Shown in pieces: positions 35,229-43,719 of a stretch of 64,000 bases of DNA. Under the pieces are notes generated by a model. It was not told where the DNA came from. It did not search any database and was given only the letters and a program-made list of their open reading frames with translations. Numbering within the stretch: the first letter of the stretch is position 1; the number at the start of each line of letters is the position of its first letter. The position numbers and the translations under genes were made by a program. Origin of the DNA: a virus (taxonomy: Duplodnaviria; Heunggongvirae; Uroviricota; Caudoviricetes); IMG/VR virus record IMGVR_UViG_3300033121_001335, positions 1 through 64,000 of that record. One strand, given 5' to 3'.

Positions 35229-35483
35229 ATGGACGAATTATTAGAACAAGCACAAAAAGACTATCCTATAGGAACTAAATTTAAAGTGGCTCATATAGAC
35301 CACAATCCTTCTGAATATATTGTAGCTGGTGGTTGGAGGTGGGAAGATAATGAAAAAAGAGTCATTCTTTGTGATGTCGTTGGAAGCGCAACGGGCTATG
35401 CCCCCTGTCTTAAATACAAGAACACATGGGCTCCTATAATAGAATTAGGAAACATTATTTTCGAACCATTAATATTTAATTAA
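35229..35483 (+). CDS. small early protein, tail family (..FEPLIFN)
   Basis: ORF track. Confidence 0.65.
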   Translation: MDELLEQAQKDYPIGTKFKVAHIDHNPSEYIVAGGWRWEDNEKRVILCDVVGSATGYAPCLKYKNTWAPIIELGNIIFEPLIFN

Positions 35484-35484
35484 T

Positions 35485-35745
35485 ATGAAACATGAAAACT
35501 TTATAGTGCAAGTGAAGACTGAAGAAGAGTTTTTAAGTGTTCTCAAATCTATGGAACACTCGCTTCCAATTTTAACATATAGTTCACACAAAGATAGTTA
35601 TAAACAGTTTGTTCCACCCACTGGTGTGTATTATATAGGTGTTCATAATAATTCTGGGTGGTATAATGGCAGCTGTTCCTATCCCTTTATAACTTTTGAA
35701 GAATTTTTACAGAAAGAAAAATCCGAGTGTATAATATTTAATTAA
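35485..35745 (+). CDS. small early protein, tail family (..SECIIFN)
   Basis: ORF track. Confidence 0.65.
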   Translation: MKHENFIVQVKTEEEFLSVLKSMEHSLPILTYSSHKDSYKQFVPPTGVYYIGVHNNSGWYNGSCSYPFITFEEFLQKEKSECIIFN

Positions 35746-35753
35746 ATTCTTTT

Positions 35754-35921
35754 ATGAATATATGTACGAAAATCAAGCAGAGATTTAATGAGCTAAGGAT
35801 AAAAGGTAAAAAGAGTATAAAATTTGATAAAAAGGAAACAACAGAAAAGCAACTGGAAGAACTCAGAGAATGTGGATATACAGTAAAAGAAATTAATAAT
35901 AATATAATTATATCAGAATGA
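35754..35921 (+). CDS. hypothetical 55-aa protein
   Basis: Manual translation MNICTKIKQRFNELRIKGKKSIKFDKKETTEKQLEELRECGYTVKEINNNIIISE*; ATGA overlap. Confidence 0.4.
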   Translation: MNICTKIKQRFNELRIKGKKSIKFDKKETTEKQLEELRECGYTVKEINNNIIISE

Positions 35922-36208
35922 AAACAATAGATTATGCTGCGGGAGACATAGTAGTGTGTTTGCGGGCTATAAAAGATAGGGGCGGTAAGCATAAACAGTC
36001 TAAATCGGTTATAAAAGACTATTTTTACAAATGCATTGGTGTATATAATCCCACTGTATATAATCCAAAAGAGGGTATCACTTGTGGATTAGACGGCTTT
36101 ACATTTATTCTTACAGCTTCTAGGTTTAGAAAGGCCACAGAAGAGGAGCTGTTATTATATAATTCAGGAGCTAAATCTATTAATGTACAATATATAATTT
36201 TTAATTAA
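35918..36208 (+). CDS. small early protein, tail family (..QYIIFN)
   Basis: ORF track. Confidence 0.65.
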   Translation: MKTIDYAAGDIVVCLRAIKDRGGKHKQSKSVIKDYFYKCIGVYNPTVYNPKEGITCGLDGFTFILTASRFRKATEEELLLYNSGAKSINVQYIIFN

Positions 36209-36474
36209 TGAATCAACATATAATGGAAAATCTAAAAAACGCTTTTATTCCCGGTGTAAAATTTAAAAGACACCCTAATCATGTAACTTGTCTTAAAGAC
36301 AAAATATACACTGTAGCTTCTCCACTTAGGATAGTCAGCGGGAACACTACAGAAGATTTAATGGTGTGTACAGTTGAAGAAGCTTATGTACATATATGCA
36401 ATAATGGAAAAGATTGGGCTACTATTCTAGAATCTAATCCTGTAATAAATGATAATCCCTTAATATTTAACTAA
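36208..36474 (+). CDS. small early protein, tail family (..DNPLIFN)
   Basis: ORF track; TAATG junctions on both sides. Confidence 0.65.
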   Translation: MNQHIMENLKNAFIPGVKFKRHPNHVTCLKDKIYTVASPLRIVSGNTTEDLMVCTVEEAYVHICNNGKDWATILESNPVINDNPLIFN

Positions 36475-36863
36475 TGAGTAGTATAAAATTTAATCCAATA
36501 GAAAGATTTATAATAATAGAGCCTGTAATAGATGAAGTGTATTGGCTTCAGTTTTATGATGATAGGTCTAAAACTCAACCCACTGATTATTTATGGCTCA
36601 CTAGATGGGGAAAAGACGGAAACAATAAATTTTCAATATGTACATATCATAATGAAAAATATAAAAACAGTTGGTATTCTGAAGATGTTGCAATTTTTAC
36701 ATCTTCTATATCTGGTAATAGACATAATTTATATTTACCAAGAACAGAAGAACTAGTTTGGCACAGAGCAATGGAACTCATTGGAAAAACCAGTCCCGTT
36801 TCAAATATAGAAGAGTGGCTTAAAAAAACTACAATTAATAATGATATTTTAATATTTAATTAA
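36474..36863 (+). CDS. small early protein, tail family (..NDILIFN)
   Basis: ORF track. Confidence 0.65.
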   Translation: MSSIKFNPIERFIIIEPVIDEVYWLQFYDDRSKTQPTDYLWLTRWGKDGNNKFSICTYHNEKYKNSWYSEDVAIFTSSISGNRHNLYLPRTEELVWHRAMELIGKTSPVSNIEEWLKKTTINNDILIFN

Positions 36864-37093
36864 TGGGAAATAAGGCAGATGAGGCTAAAGATGCCATAGA
36901 TGAGCTTCTTAAAGAAAAAGAAAGCGAAATAGAAGATTTACAATCAGAACTAGATGATATGACATCAGAAAAAGATGATTTACAAGAGCAATTGGATGAA
37001 TATAAAGAAGAAAATAAGAATCTAAAAGATATTATAGAAGCATTAGAAAACAAAATTAAACAATTAACAGCTATTCCTCATATATTTAATTAA
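36863..37093 (+). CDS. acidic coiled-coil protein, tail family (..AIPHIFN)
   Basis: ORF track. Confidence 0.65.
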   Translation: MGNKADEAKDAIDELLKEKESEIEDLQSELDDMTSEKDDLQEQLDEYKEENKNLKDIIEALENKIKQLTAIPHIFN

Positions 37094-37095
37094 TT

Positions 37096-37299
37096 ATGAA
37101 ACAATCAAAAGGCGTATTAATAACAGAATTAATAGTGACACTATTTCTGATGATAAGTTATATATGGTTGTGTTTATCAGATGAAGCCTCTGGGGGAATA
37201 TCCACAATGGTAGTTTGGTTTGTAGGATATATAACAATATTAGATAAAATTACTAAATTTGTAACATGGAATTTTGACCCCCAAAATTATAAAATATGA
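37096..37299 (+). CDS. small membrane protein
   Basis: Hydrophobic spans LITELIVTLFLMISYIWL and MVVWFVGYITIL. Confidence 0.55.
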   Translation: MKQSKGVLITELIVTLFLMISYIWLCLSDEASGGISTMVVWFVGYITILDKITKFVTWNFDPQNYKI

Positions 37300-37874
37300 A
37301 TAAATTTAACTGGTTGAAAAGCTTTTTTAGTCCTTTTAAAAGACCCAAAATTAAATTATATATAGGAAAGACGACTATAGGCACTCCCTATTTTCTTCCT
37401 AGAAAATGGGTTAAAATACCAAAAGAAGAAGTTATAAAACAAGCCAAAGAAAAATATGATAAGTGTCCTAAAGAATATCAAACTTTGCATCATTATAACA
37501 GTTTATTAAATTGTTGTAAAGGGATGAAACAGCCTATTTCAAAGAAAATAGGATTTGATTTTGTGGGGTTGGGGTGGAAAACTAAATTTGGCGATTACAG
37601 ACACGAGTGGAATCCTGTATGGAGCTTTGTCTTTTTTAGGTGGCAAATAGCCATACAATTTATCCCTATTCATGATATGCATTATTGGGAAGCTTGGCTA
37701 TATTATGAATTAGACACAGACAAAAGATGTAATAAAATGGAGAGGATTGATATGTGTTTAAAAAAGGCCCCCCAAATTTGGACTAGCTATAATAAAGATG
37801 GTAGTAAAACCACCACTAATTATTACACTAAAATACTGAAAAAGAAATATTTAAAACTGATAAAAAATGAGTGA
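37296..37874 (+). CDS. hypothetical protein
   Basis: ORF track. Confidence 0.65.
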   Translation: MNKFNWLKSFFSPFKRPKIKLYIGKTTIGTPYFLPRKWVKIPKEEVIKQAKEKYDKCPKEYQTLHHYNSLLNCCKGMKQPISKKIGFDFVGLGWKTKFGDYRHEWNPVWSFVFFRWQIAIQFIPIHDMHYWEAWLYYELDTDKRCNKMERIDMCLKKAPQIWTSYNKDGSKTTTNYYTKILKKKYLKLIKNE

Positions 37875-38607
37875 AATAATAGCAATCGGTGATACACATG
37901 GCAGGGCTCTTTGGAAAGATGTTGTTGAAAAGCATAAAAATGCAGATAAAATAGTGTTGATTGGAGATTATTTTGATACACATGACGACATTTCTCCAGA
38001 ACTTCAAATGATAAATTTTAGGGAAATTTGTCAGTATAAAGAAGCTCATAAAGAACAAATTGTTCTGCTTATAGGTAATCATGATGAGCACTATTTTCCA
38101 TTTATGGGAAATTCTGGTACATCTGGATTTAATGCAGGAGCTGCTCCAGCAATAGGACACTTATTAATGACATACAAAGACCTGTTACAAATGGCTCATT
38201 ATGAGGATAATATATTATTTACCCATGCTGGTGTAGGAGAAACATGGTTTAATGCTAATATTCCCGAAATAAAAGAAGAATGGAGCGCTAAATATATGTC
38301 AGACAGCATTAATGATGTATGGAAATATAAACCTCTTTCTTTTAAATTTAACGGTTGGAGAGATTCATCGGGGGACGAAATAGGACAAACACCAATATGG
38401 ATAAGACCCAGAGCTTTATTACAAGACACTAAAAATATGAGAAAAGCTGGAATTATTCAAATAGTTGGACATACGCAGGTGACTAAAATTGATGTAGAGG
38501 GTAGTAAGAAAAATACAGGAGGGAAACTGTTTATGATAGATGCTCTGGGTACATCCGGAGAATATTTAGTTATTAAAGATGGAGAATTTATTGTTAAAAA
38601 ATGCTAA
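37867..38607 (+). CDS. metallophosphoesterase (calcineurin-like Ser/Thr phosphatase family)
   Basis: Motifs IGDTHGR, LIGDYFD, GNHDE, FTHAG, VGHT. Confidence 0.85.
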   Translation: MSEIIAIGDTHGRALWKDVVEKHKNADKIVLIGDYFDTHDDISPELQMINFREICQYKEAHKEQIVLLIGNHDEHYFPFMGNSGTSGFNAGAAPAIGHLLMTYKDLLQMAHYEDNILFTHAGVGETWFNANIPEIKEEWSAKYMSDSINDVWKYKPLSFKFNGWRDSSGDEIGQTPIWIRPRALLQDTKNMRKAGIIQIVGHTQVTKIDVEGSKKNTGGKLFMIDALGTSGEYLVIKDGEFIVKKC

Positions 38608-38610
38608 AAT

Positions 38611-38907
38611 ATGAAATATAGTAAAGAATTAAATGGTGTGTACCACGCTAAAAATCATACATATACATATCTGGTAGAATTTAATAATGGAATTAGTGGA
38701 TGTGGATTAAAGAATGGCAATAATGCTAGAGATAATAATTTTGATGTATTTTTTACCACTTCTGATTTTAATAAAAATTCAGATGGTTATGACTACGTTT
38801 TAGCAGATGAACGCCATACAAATTGGCTGAAATCATGTAAGAAAATAGGAAAATTTACATTAGAAATAAAACAAATAGAATTGGTGGAACCATTATTATT
38901 TAATTAA
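38611..38907 (+). CDS. small early protein, tail family (..VEPLLFN)
   Basis: ORF track. Confidence 0.65.
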   Translation: MKYSKELNGVYHAKNHTYTYLVEFNNGISGCGLKNGNNARDNNFDVFFTTSDFNKNSDGYDYVLADERHTNWLKSCKKIGKFTLEIKQIELVEPLLFN

Positions 38908-38920
38908 AACAAGAAAAATT

Positions 38921-39283
38921 ATGAAAGAAGAAAAAATTATTGATAAAACAAAAAATTCAATAAACACCTTACATCCCTACAGATTAGCAAATGACTTATG
39001 GGTTTATGATGATGAAGATTTGGGGGTTTATAGCGAAGCCTTCGTTATGGGTAGTTCTGAGGTAATAAATCATCTGGTAGGTATGGAATGTGATAAATTT
39101 ACTATGTTTATATCTGCACAACCTATACCAGAATATGATGCACATTTAGTAAAAATTAAGGGGGATGGCAGTGAGGGCTGGTATCAATTACAAGGTACTG
39201 GAATGGAGCATTGGCTATGTGGGCAGGTGCTGGCTTATTTCCCAGATTATCCTTCAGACATATATGTGAAGTTGAAAAAATAA
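38921..39283 (+). CDS. hypothetical protein
   Basis: ORF track. Confidence 0.65.
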   Translation: MKEEKIIDKTKNSINTLHPYRLANDLWVYDDEDLGVYSEAFVMGSSEVINHLVGMECDKFTMFISAQPIPEYDAHLVKIKGDGSEGWYQLQGTGMEHWLCGQVLAYFPDYPSDIYVKLKK

Positions 39284-39332
39284 ATTTGGATAAAAGTAAT
39301 AAAATATACGCATTAATTAAAGTTTAATAAAT

Positions 39333-40202
39333 ATGGCAAAATTTAAAAAGGGTGACATAGTAGTTCTTAAAAAAGACTCTGAATATTATATCCCCAAAGC
39401 CCCAAAATATAGTAGTAATCCAATTCATACAGAAGGAGTTATTACTTCAGTAAGTTCAGGAGAATTTGGCATTCAAGTAAAATGGAATAACAACACTACA
39501 AATGGTTATTCTTTTAAAGATTTAGAATTATTCAATCAAAAAACAGAAAAAATGGCAACAAGAAAAACAACAACAAAACAATTTCAATTAGAAGCCGGAC
39601 AGTATTTTACAGCTACTTATGGCAAGAAAAAGGTGAGAGGAGTGGTGGCGGACGCACCAGATGATTACGATAATTTTGTATTATATGGAAAAGATTTTGA
39701 TGATGATGCCGAAGATGATGACGCAGAATTTAGCACACAATTATACATCGATATGTATGGGAGGGAGGACCAAAGTCACACAGATGTGTTAAAAGACTAC
39801 GGAATTACTAATTTTGTTTTATTAACAGATAAGAGACAAAAGGCTATTGTTGATGGAGATAAATGCCTAACTGTAGCGGGACATAAAGTGCATATTAAGG
39901 GTAATTTCGTAAATTTTGGGTGTGGCGCTGTTAGCACCACTAAAAAAGAAATAAAAGACTTTTATGCAGTGTATAAGGATGTAGATGTAAATGAGCATAT
40001 GCGTTATAAAGAGTTGATAGACGAAATAGGCGAAACAGCATTTGAAGAGGCTGTAGCTTTTTATAATCAATTCAAAATGTACACTACAGCTCAGCAAAAG
40101 GCATTTAATAATCTTGTAAAAGAAATGGATAATGCTGACAATGTACTCTTAGAAGATTTGAATAGGAAAGAAGTGGATGAATTAATGAAGAAATTAGACT
40201 AA
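39333..40202 (+). CDS. fusion protein: N-terminal tail-family module (..DLELFN) joined in frame to a larger downstream domain
   Basis: TTC AAT CAA at 39531-39539 sits where family members have TTY AAT TAA. An A-rich leader plus ATG (39552, MATRKTTTKQ) follows. Confidence 0.6.
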   Translation: MAKFKKGDIVVLKKDSEYYIPKAPKYSSNPIHTEGVITSVSSGEFGIQVKWNNNTTNGYSFKDLELFNQKTEKMATRKTTTKQFQLEAGQYFTATYGKKKVRGVVADAPDDYDNFVLYGKDFDDDAEDDDAEFSTQLYIDMYGREDQSHTDVLKDYGITNFVLLTDKRQKAIVDGDKCLTVAGHKVHIKGNFVNFGCGAVSTTKKEIKDFYAVYKDVDVNEHMRYKELIDEIGETAFEEAVAFYNQFKMYTTAQQKAFNNLVKEMDNADNVLLEDLNRKEVDELMKKLD

Positions 40203-40210
40203 AAATAAAA

Positions 40211-40238
40211 AAAGAGGGGAGAAATTCCCTCTTTTTTC
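40211..40238 (+). terminator. intrinsic terminator (GAAA loop)
   Basis: GAGGGGA-GAAA-TTCCCTC plus T6. Confidence 0.65.
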
Positions 40239-40239
40239 T

Positions 40240-40247
40240 TAAATTTG
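40240..40247 (+). promoter_or_regulatory. -7 promoter box TAAATTTG, 5 nt upstream of the polymerase ATG
   Basis: Matches TAnnTTTG; spacing implies a leaderless or near-leaderless mRNA. Confidence 0.45.
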
Positions 40248-40252
40248 TGCCT

Positions 40253-42181
40253 ATGTTAGAAAATAATGTATATATATTTGATATTGAAGGTGATGGTTTG
40301 CTTTCTACTATTACGAAAATTCATTGCGTTTGTGCATATAACATAAAAACCAGAGAAGCTGTACAATTGACTAATTATCAAGAAATTGAACAATTTTTTT
40401 CTGACGAAAAAGCCACTTTTATAGGACATAATATTATACGTTTTGACATTCCGGCATTAAAAAAGATAATAAAGGTAGAAATAAGGGGTGATGTAATTGA
40501 TACACTAGCAATATCGTGGGTGTTAGAAGAAAACAGAAAAAATCATGGATTGGGGAGCTACGGAGAGGAGTTTAATATAAAAAAACCAGAAATAAAAGAT
40601 TGGAACAGCCTTACAGTAGAGGAATACATTCATAGGTGCTCCGAAGATGTAAAAATAAACACCACTTTATGGAACAGGCAAATAAAATATTTAAAACAAG
40701 TTTATTATCAAGATGATAAGAATTTATATAGGTGGTTTAAATATCTGAGATTTAAACTAGAGTGTGTGTATGAACAAGAAACTGAGGGGCTGAGATTAGA
40801 TGTTAATAAAGCTAAAAAGCACTTTAATGAGCTCTCTATTCTTAAAGAGGAAAAAATCAAAGAATTAGAAGCTGCTATGCCTAGAGTAGCCATTAAAAAA
40901 AAGAGGGTGTATAAAGATGCTGTAAAAGATAGTAATGGTAATGTTTTTGAAAAGGGTGACCTGTTTTATAATTCTCAACCTATTAGCAGGAAAAAAGAAG
41001 AAATAATAGAAGAAAAAATCATAGGTTGGAAAGAGCCTAATGCTAATAGTCATGTTCAGATAAAGAATTGGTTATACAATTTAGGTTGGATACCACAAAA
41101 TATACAGCATAAAAGAAATAAAAAAACTGGTGAGATAAAACTTATTCCTCAAATAAAAAGCCAATTTGAAATAGGAGAAATATGTGATAGTGTTAAATTA
41201 CTATTTAAAAAAGAACCAAAATTAGAGGCTTTAGGAGGATTGTCGGTGCTTACCCATCGTATTAGTATATTTGAAGGATTCATATCCGATGAGGAAAATG
41301 GACGCATATATCCCTCTATGAATGGTTTAACTAACACCCTGCGTCTTAAACATAGGGTAATTGTCAATCTACCTAGGGCTGGGAGGGCGTATGGGGAGGA
41401 CATTAGGGGGTGTTTAATAGCTGATGAAGGATGCATTTTATGTGGAAGTGATTTAAGCGGTATAGAGGATAGCACTAAAAGACATTTTATATATGATTAT
41501 GACCCTGAATATGTAAAAAGTATGGACACTCCGGGGTATGACCCCCATTTAGAGCTCGCTGTATTGGCAAAATTTATGACCAAAGAGGATGCTGATTGGT
41601 ATAAGGAAGAATCCAAAAAACGTAAAGATGAAGCCTATAAAGCCTCTACAGAAGACAATCAGAGGTTTACAGCTTTAACAGCTAAAAGGTATGTGGCTAA
41701 AACTACTAACTTTGCAGCAACATATAAAGTAGGAGCTAAGGCCTTAAGTGTATATCCCGGTATTAATTTAGGAATGAAGGAAGCAAAGAGGGTAATAGAT
41801 ACATATTGGAAAAGAAATAAGGCTATTTTGGACGTAGAAAATAGTTTAAATGTCAAAGAGGTATATGGGCAAAAATGGCTTTTTAATCCTGTTAGTAGAT
41901 TTTGGTATACATTAAGGGCTGATAAAGATAGATTTAGTACATTAAATCAGAGTACGGCTGTATTTGTATTTGATAAGTGGCTTACAGAAATTAAAAAAGC
42001 TGGTGTTAAAATACCATTCCAATACCATGATGAAATAGGATTTAATGTTAAAAAAGAGAAAAAAAGAGAAAATACAGCGATTATTAAACAAGCCATACAA
42101 ACTGTTAACGACAAATTAAAACTAAATATAACAATAGGATGCAGTGTTGATTATGGTAAAAAATATAGTGATATACATTAA
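40253..42181 (+). CDS. family-A DNA polymerase with 3'-5' exonuclease domain
   Basis: Exo I IFDIEGDGL, Exo II GHNIIRFDIPAL, motif B RYVAKTTNFAATYKVG, motif C YHDEIGF. Start moved from GTG at 40247 to ATG at 40253. Confidence 0.9.
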   Translation: MLENNVYIFDIEGDGLLSTITKIHCVCAYNIKTREAVQLTNYQEIEQFFSDEKATFIGHNIIRFDIPALKKIIKVEIRGDVIDTLAISWVLEENRKNHGLGSYGEEFNIKKPEIKDWNSLTVEEYIHRCSEDVKINTTLWNRQIKYLKQVYYQDDKNLYRWFKYLRFKLECVYEQETEGLRLDVNKAKKHFNELSILKEEKIKELEAAMPRVAIKKKRVYKDAVKDSNGNVFEKGDLFYNSQPISRKKEEIIEEKIIGWKEPNANSHVQIKNWLYNLGWIPQNIQHKRNKKTGEIKLIPQIKSQFEIGEICDSVKLLFKKEPKLEALGGLSVLTHRISIFEGFISDEENGRIYPSMNGLTNTLRLKHRVIVNLPRAGRAYGEDIRGCLIADEGCILCGSDLSGIEDSTKRHFIYDYDPEYVKSMDTPGYDPHLELAVLAKFMTKEDADWYKEESKKRKDEAYKASTEDNQRFTALTAKRYVAKTTNFAATYKVGAKALSVYPGINLGMKEAKRVIDTYWKRNKAILDVENSLNVKEVYGQKWLFNPVSRFWYTLRADKDRFSTLNQSTAVFVFDKWLTEIKKAGVKIPFQYHDEIGFNVKKEKKRENTAIIKQAIQTVNDKLKLNITIGCSVDYGKKYSDIH

Positions 42182-42183
42182 TT

Positions 42184-42375
42184 ATGGAAAACTTAAAATT
42201 AGACATATTCAAAAAACAAGAAAGCGCCTACTATCCTATACATTCAAAGAACTATTGTTGGAAGGGAATATTTGAATATTTAATGTGGTATAAGGTGGAA
42301 GAAAAAACAACATTAATTAGTGTGGGAACTAAAGGACTTTTAGCCTTTAATATTCCTGCTTTTTGTTTAAATTAA
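42184..42375 (+). CDS. hypothetical protein
   Basis: ORF track; ends ..AFCLN. Confidence 0.55.
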   Translation: MENLKLDIFKKQESAYYPIHSKNYCWKGIFEYLMWYKVEEKTTLISVGTKGLLAFNIPAFCLN

Positions 42376-42381
42376 TAAATT

Positions 42382-42618
42382 ATGGAAAAGAAAATAGCAG
42401 TGTATTGTCCCACCCCAGAAATATTTGAATTAGTTGCTAGCAAAATTAATTGGCCTCATGGGAATATTTGGTCTAACTACCAAGAACGTACTGTAGTAGA
42501 CATTTCTCTTAAACAATATTGTAATAGAGAATATTATGAAAATAAAAAAGAAAAATATAATATACTCACCTATAGTGAATGGATTGGTGAGGATGGGGAT
42601 GTATTAATTTTTAATTAA
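42382..42618 (+). CDS. small protein, tail family (..GDVLIFN)
   Basis: ORF track. Confidence 0.65.
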   Translation: MEKKIAVYCPTPEIFELVASKINWPHGNIWSNYQERTVVDISLKQYCNREYYENKKEKYNILTYSEWIGEDGDVLIFN

Positions 42619-42624
42619 AAAATT

Positions 42625-42909
42625 ATGGAAAAATTACCAGAAAAATGGTTTATTAACCCAACCAATGAAAATGAGAGCATGGCTGTATCAAATTGGTTTG
42701 CCCAATATAGAAAATACTCAAAAGGATGTGAAGAATCATATAATTGGTATTTTCCGGCTTATGAAAATAGTGGAGAATTACAATTTTGTTATACACACGG
42801 AAAAGTAAAAGGCAATTTAATGGATGGCTACGAACAAATAACGTTTTCTCAATTTAAACAATACGTTCTAGAAGAAAATGATATTTTTACTCCCTTAATA
42901 TTTAATTAA
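42625..42909 (+). CDS. small protein, tail family (..FTPLIFN); KWFI/ITFSQF paralogue
   Basis: ORF track. Confidence 0.65.
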   Translation: MEKLPEKWFINPTNENESMAVSNWFAQYRKYSKGCEESYNWYFPAYENSGELQFCYTHGKVKGNLMDGYEQITFSQFKQYVLEENDIFTPLIFN

Positions 42910-42910
42910 T

Positions 42911-43054
42911 ATGCTTAAAATCAATTCAGAAAAATATATTGAAATATTTAAAGACTGGCCCAACAGAGAAATGATTTTGTCAGGATGGGAATGGATAGTG
43001 AAATATTATTTCTACATTCCTGTTATTATATACACTAAAAAATTATACAAATGA
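42911..43054 (+). CDS. hypothetical 47-aa protein
   Basis: Manual translation MLKINSEKYIEIFKDWPNREMILSGWEWIVKYYFYIPVIIYTKKLYK*; ATGA overlap. Confidence 0.35.
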   Translation: MLKINSEKYIEIFKDWPNREMILSGWEWIVKYYFYIPVIIYTKKLYK

Positions 43055-43350
43055 GTGAACTAGAAATACTGAAAAAATTAGAAAGAAAATATAGTAGATG
43101 GATAAACAGATGGAGTTGGGGTAGAACTTGGAACGACACTTGTTTTGGATTGTGTCGTGCCCTCTCTCAAATTGTTGGATTTAATGGACTTGATTATAAA
43201 TTAGTGTATTTAAGATTGTATTCTGAATCTATTAATTTTGGAAATACGAGAGATGGTGTATATTGGTGGAAAGAAGGCTTAATAAAGCCAAGACTACAAA
43301 CTATCAGAGCAGCAATTAAAACCCTTAAAAATGAACAGAAAAATATTTGA
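43051..43350 (+). CDS. hypothetical protein
   Basis: ORF track. Confidence 0.6.
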   Translation: MSELEILKKLERKYSRWINRWSWGRTWNDTCFGLCRALSQIVGFNGLDYKLVYLRLYSESINFGNTRDGVYWWKEGLIKPRLQTIRAAIKTLKNEQKNI

Positions 43351-43552
43351 GGAACAATTAGAGGAGGAATATCATCAGGATGTGCTTGATTATCAACAAG
43401 AACAAAAAGAGCAAGAGTCAGAACTGTTTAACATATATACAGGAAAGCCAATAAAAAACATTAATTTACATAAATTACATTTTAAAAATAGGAGAAATCA
43501 TTATAGATTTGCAAAGAAACATCCTGTTTTTAATCAAAAACTCCCTTTCTAA
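43331..43552 (+). CDS. hypothetical protein
   Basis: ORF track. Confidence 0.55.
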   Translation: MNRKIFEEQLEEEYHQDVLDYQQEQKEQESELFNIYTGKPIKNINLHKLHFKNRRNHYRFAKKHPVFNQKLPF

Positions 43553-43719
43553 TGATGCTAGAAGAACTTTTTAGAACAAAAAAATCAAATAGTATTAAAA
43601 TATATGAAGTTCATATGTATGCTTGGAATAAAGCTATGATGTCTGGACATTCAATTTTTGGGGAATCGTGGAATTATGTATGGCTTAAAAGCTATAATGA
43701 AAAAATAAAAGAATTATGA
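43552..43719 (+). CDS. hypothetical 55-aa protein
   Basis: Manual translation MMLEELFRTKKSNSIKIYEVHMYAWNKAMMSGHSIFGESWNYVWLKSYNEKIKEL*. Confidence 0.35.
   Translation: MMLEELFRTKKSNSIKIYEVHMYAWNKAMMSGHSIFGESWNYVWLKSYNEKIKEL

Larger units (their letters stand above)
27422..42909 (+). repeat. dispersed gene-junction motif, consensus GARCCAYTAATATTTAATTAA, at least 22 copies
   Basis: Stops at 27442, 28449, 28842, 29954, 30453, 30696, 31037, 31312, 31608, 32451, 32734, 33043, 33472, 35483, 35745, 36208, 36474, 36863, 37093, 38907, 42618 and 42909. Confidence 0.85.

Noticed and set aside
27236-42909. The junction repeats as a CRISPR array or as standard promoters
   Set aside because: The spacing equals gene lengths (about 200-390 bp), and the repeat lies inside coding sequence with a conserved reading frame, so it is not CRISPR. 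The motif lacks the G of TAnnTTTG and has no -33 TTTG partner, so it is not the standard host promoter.
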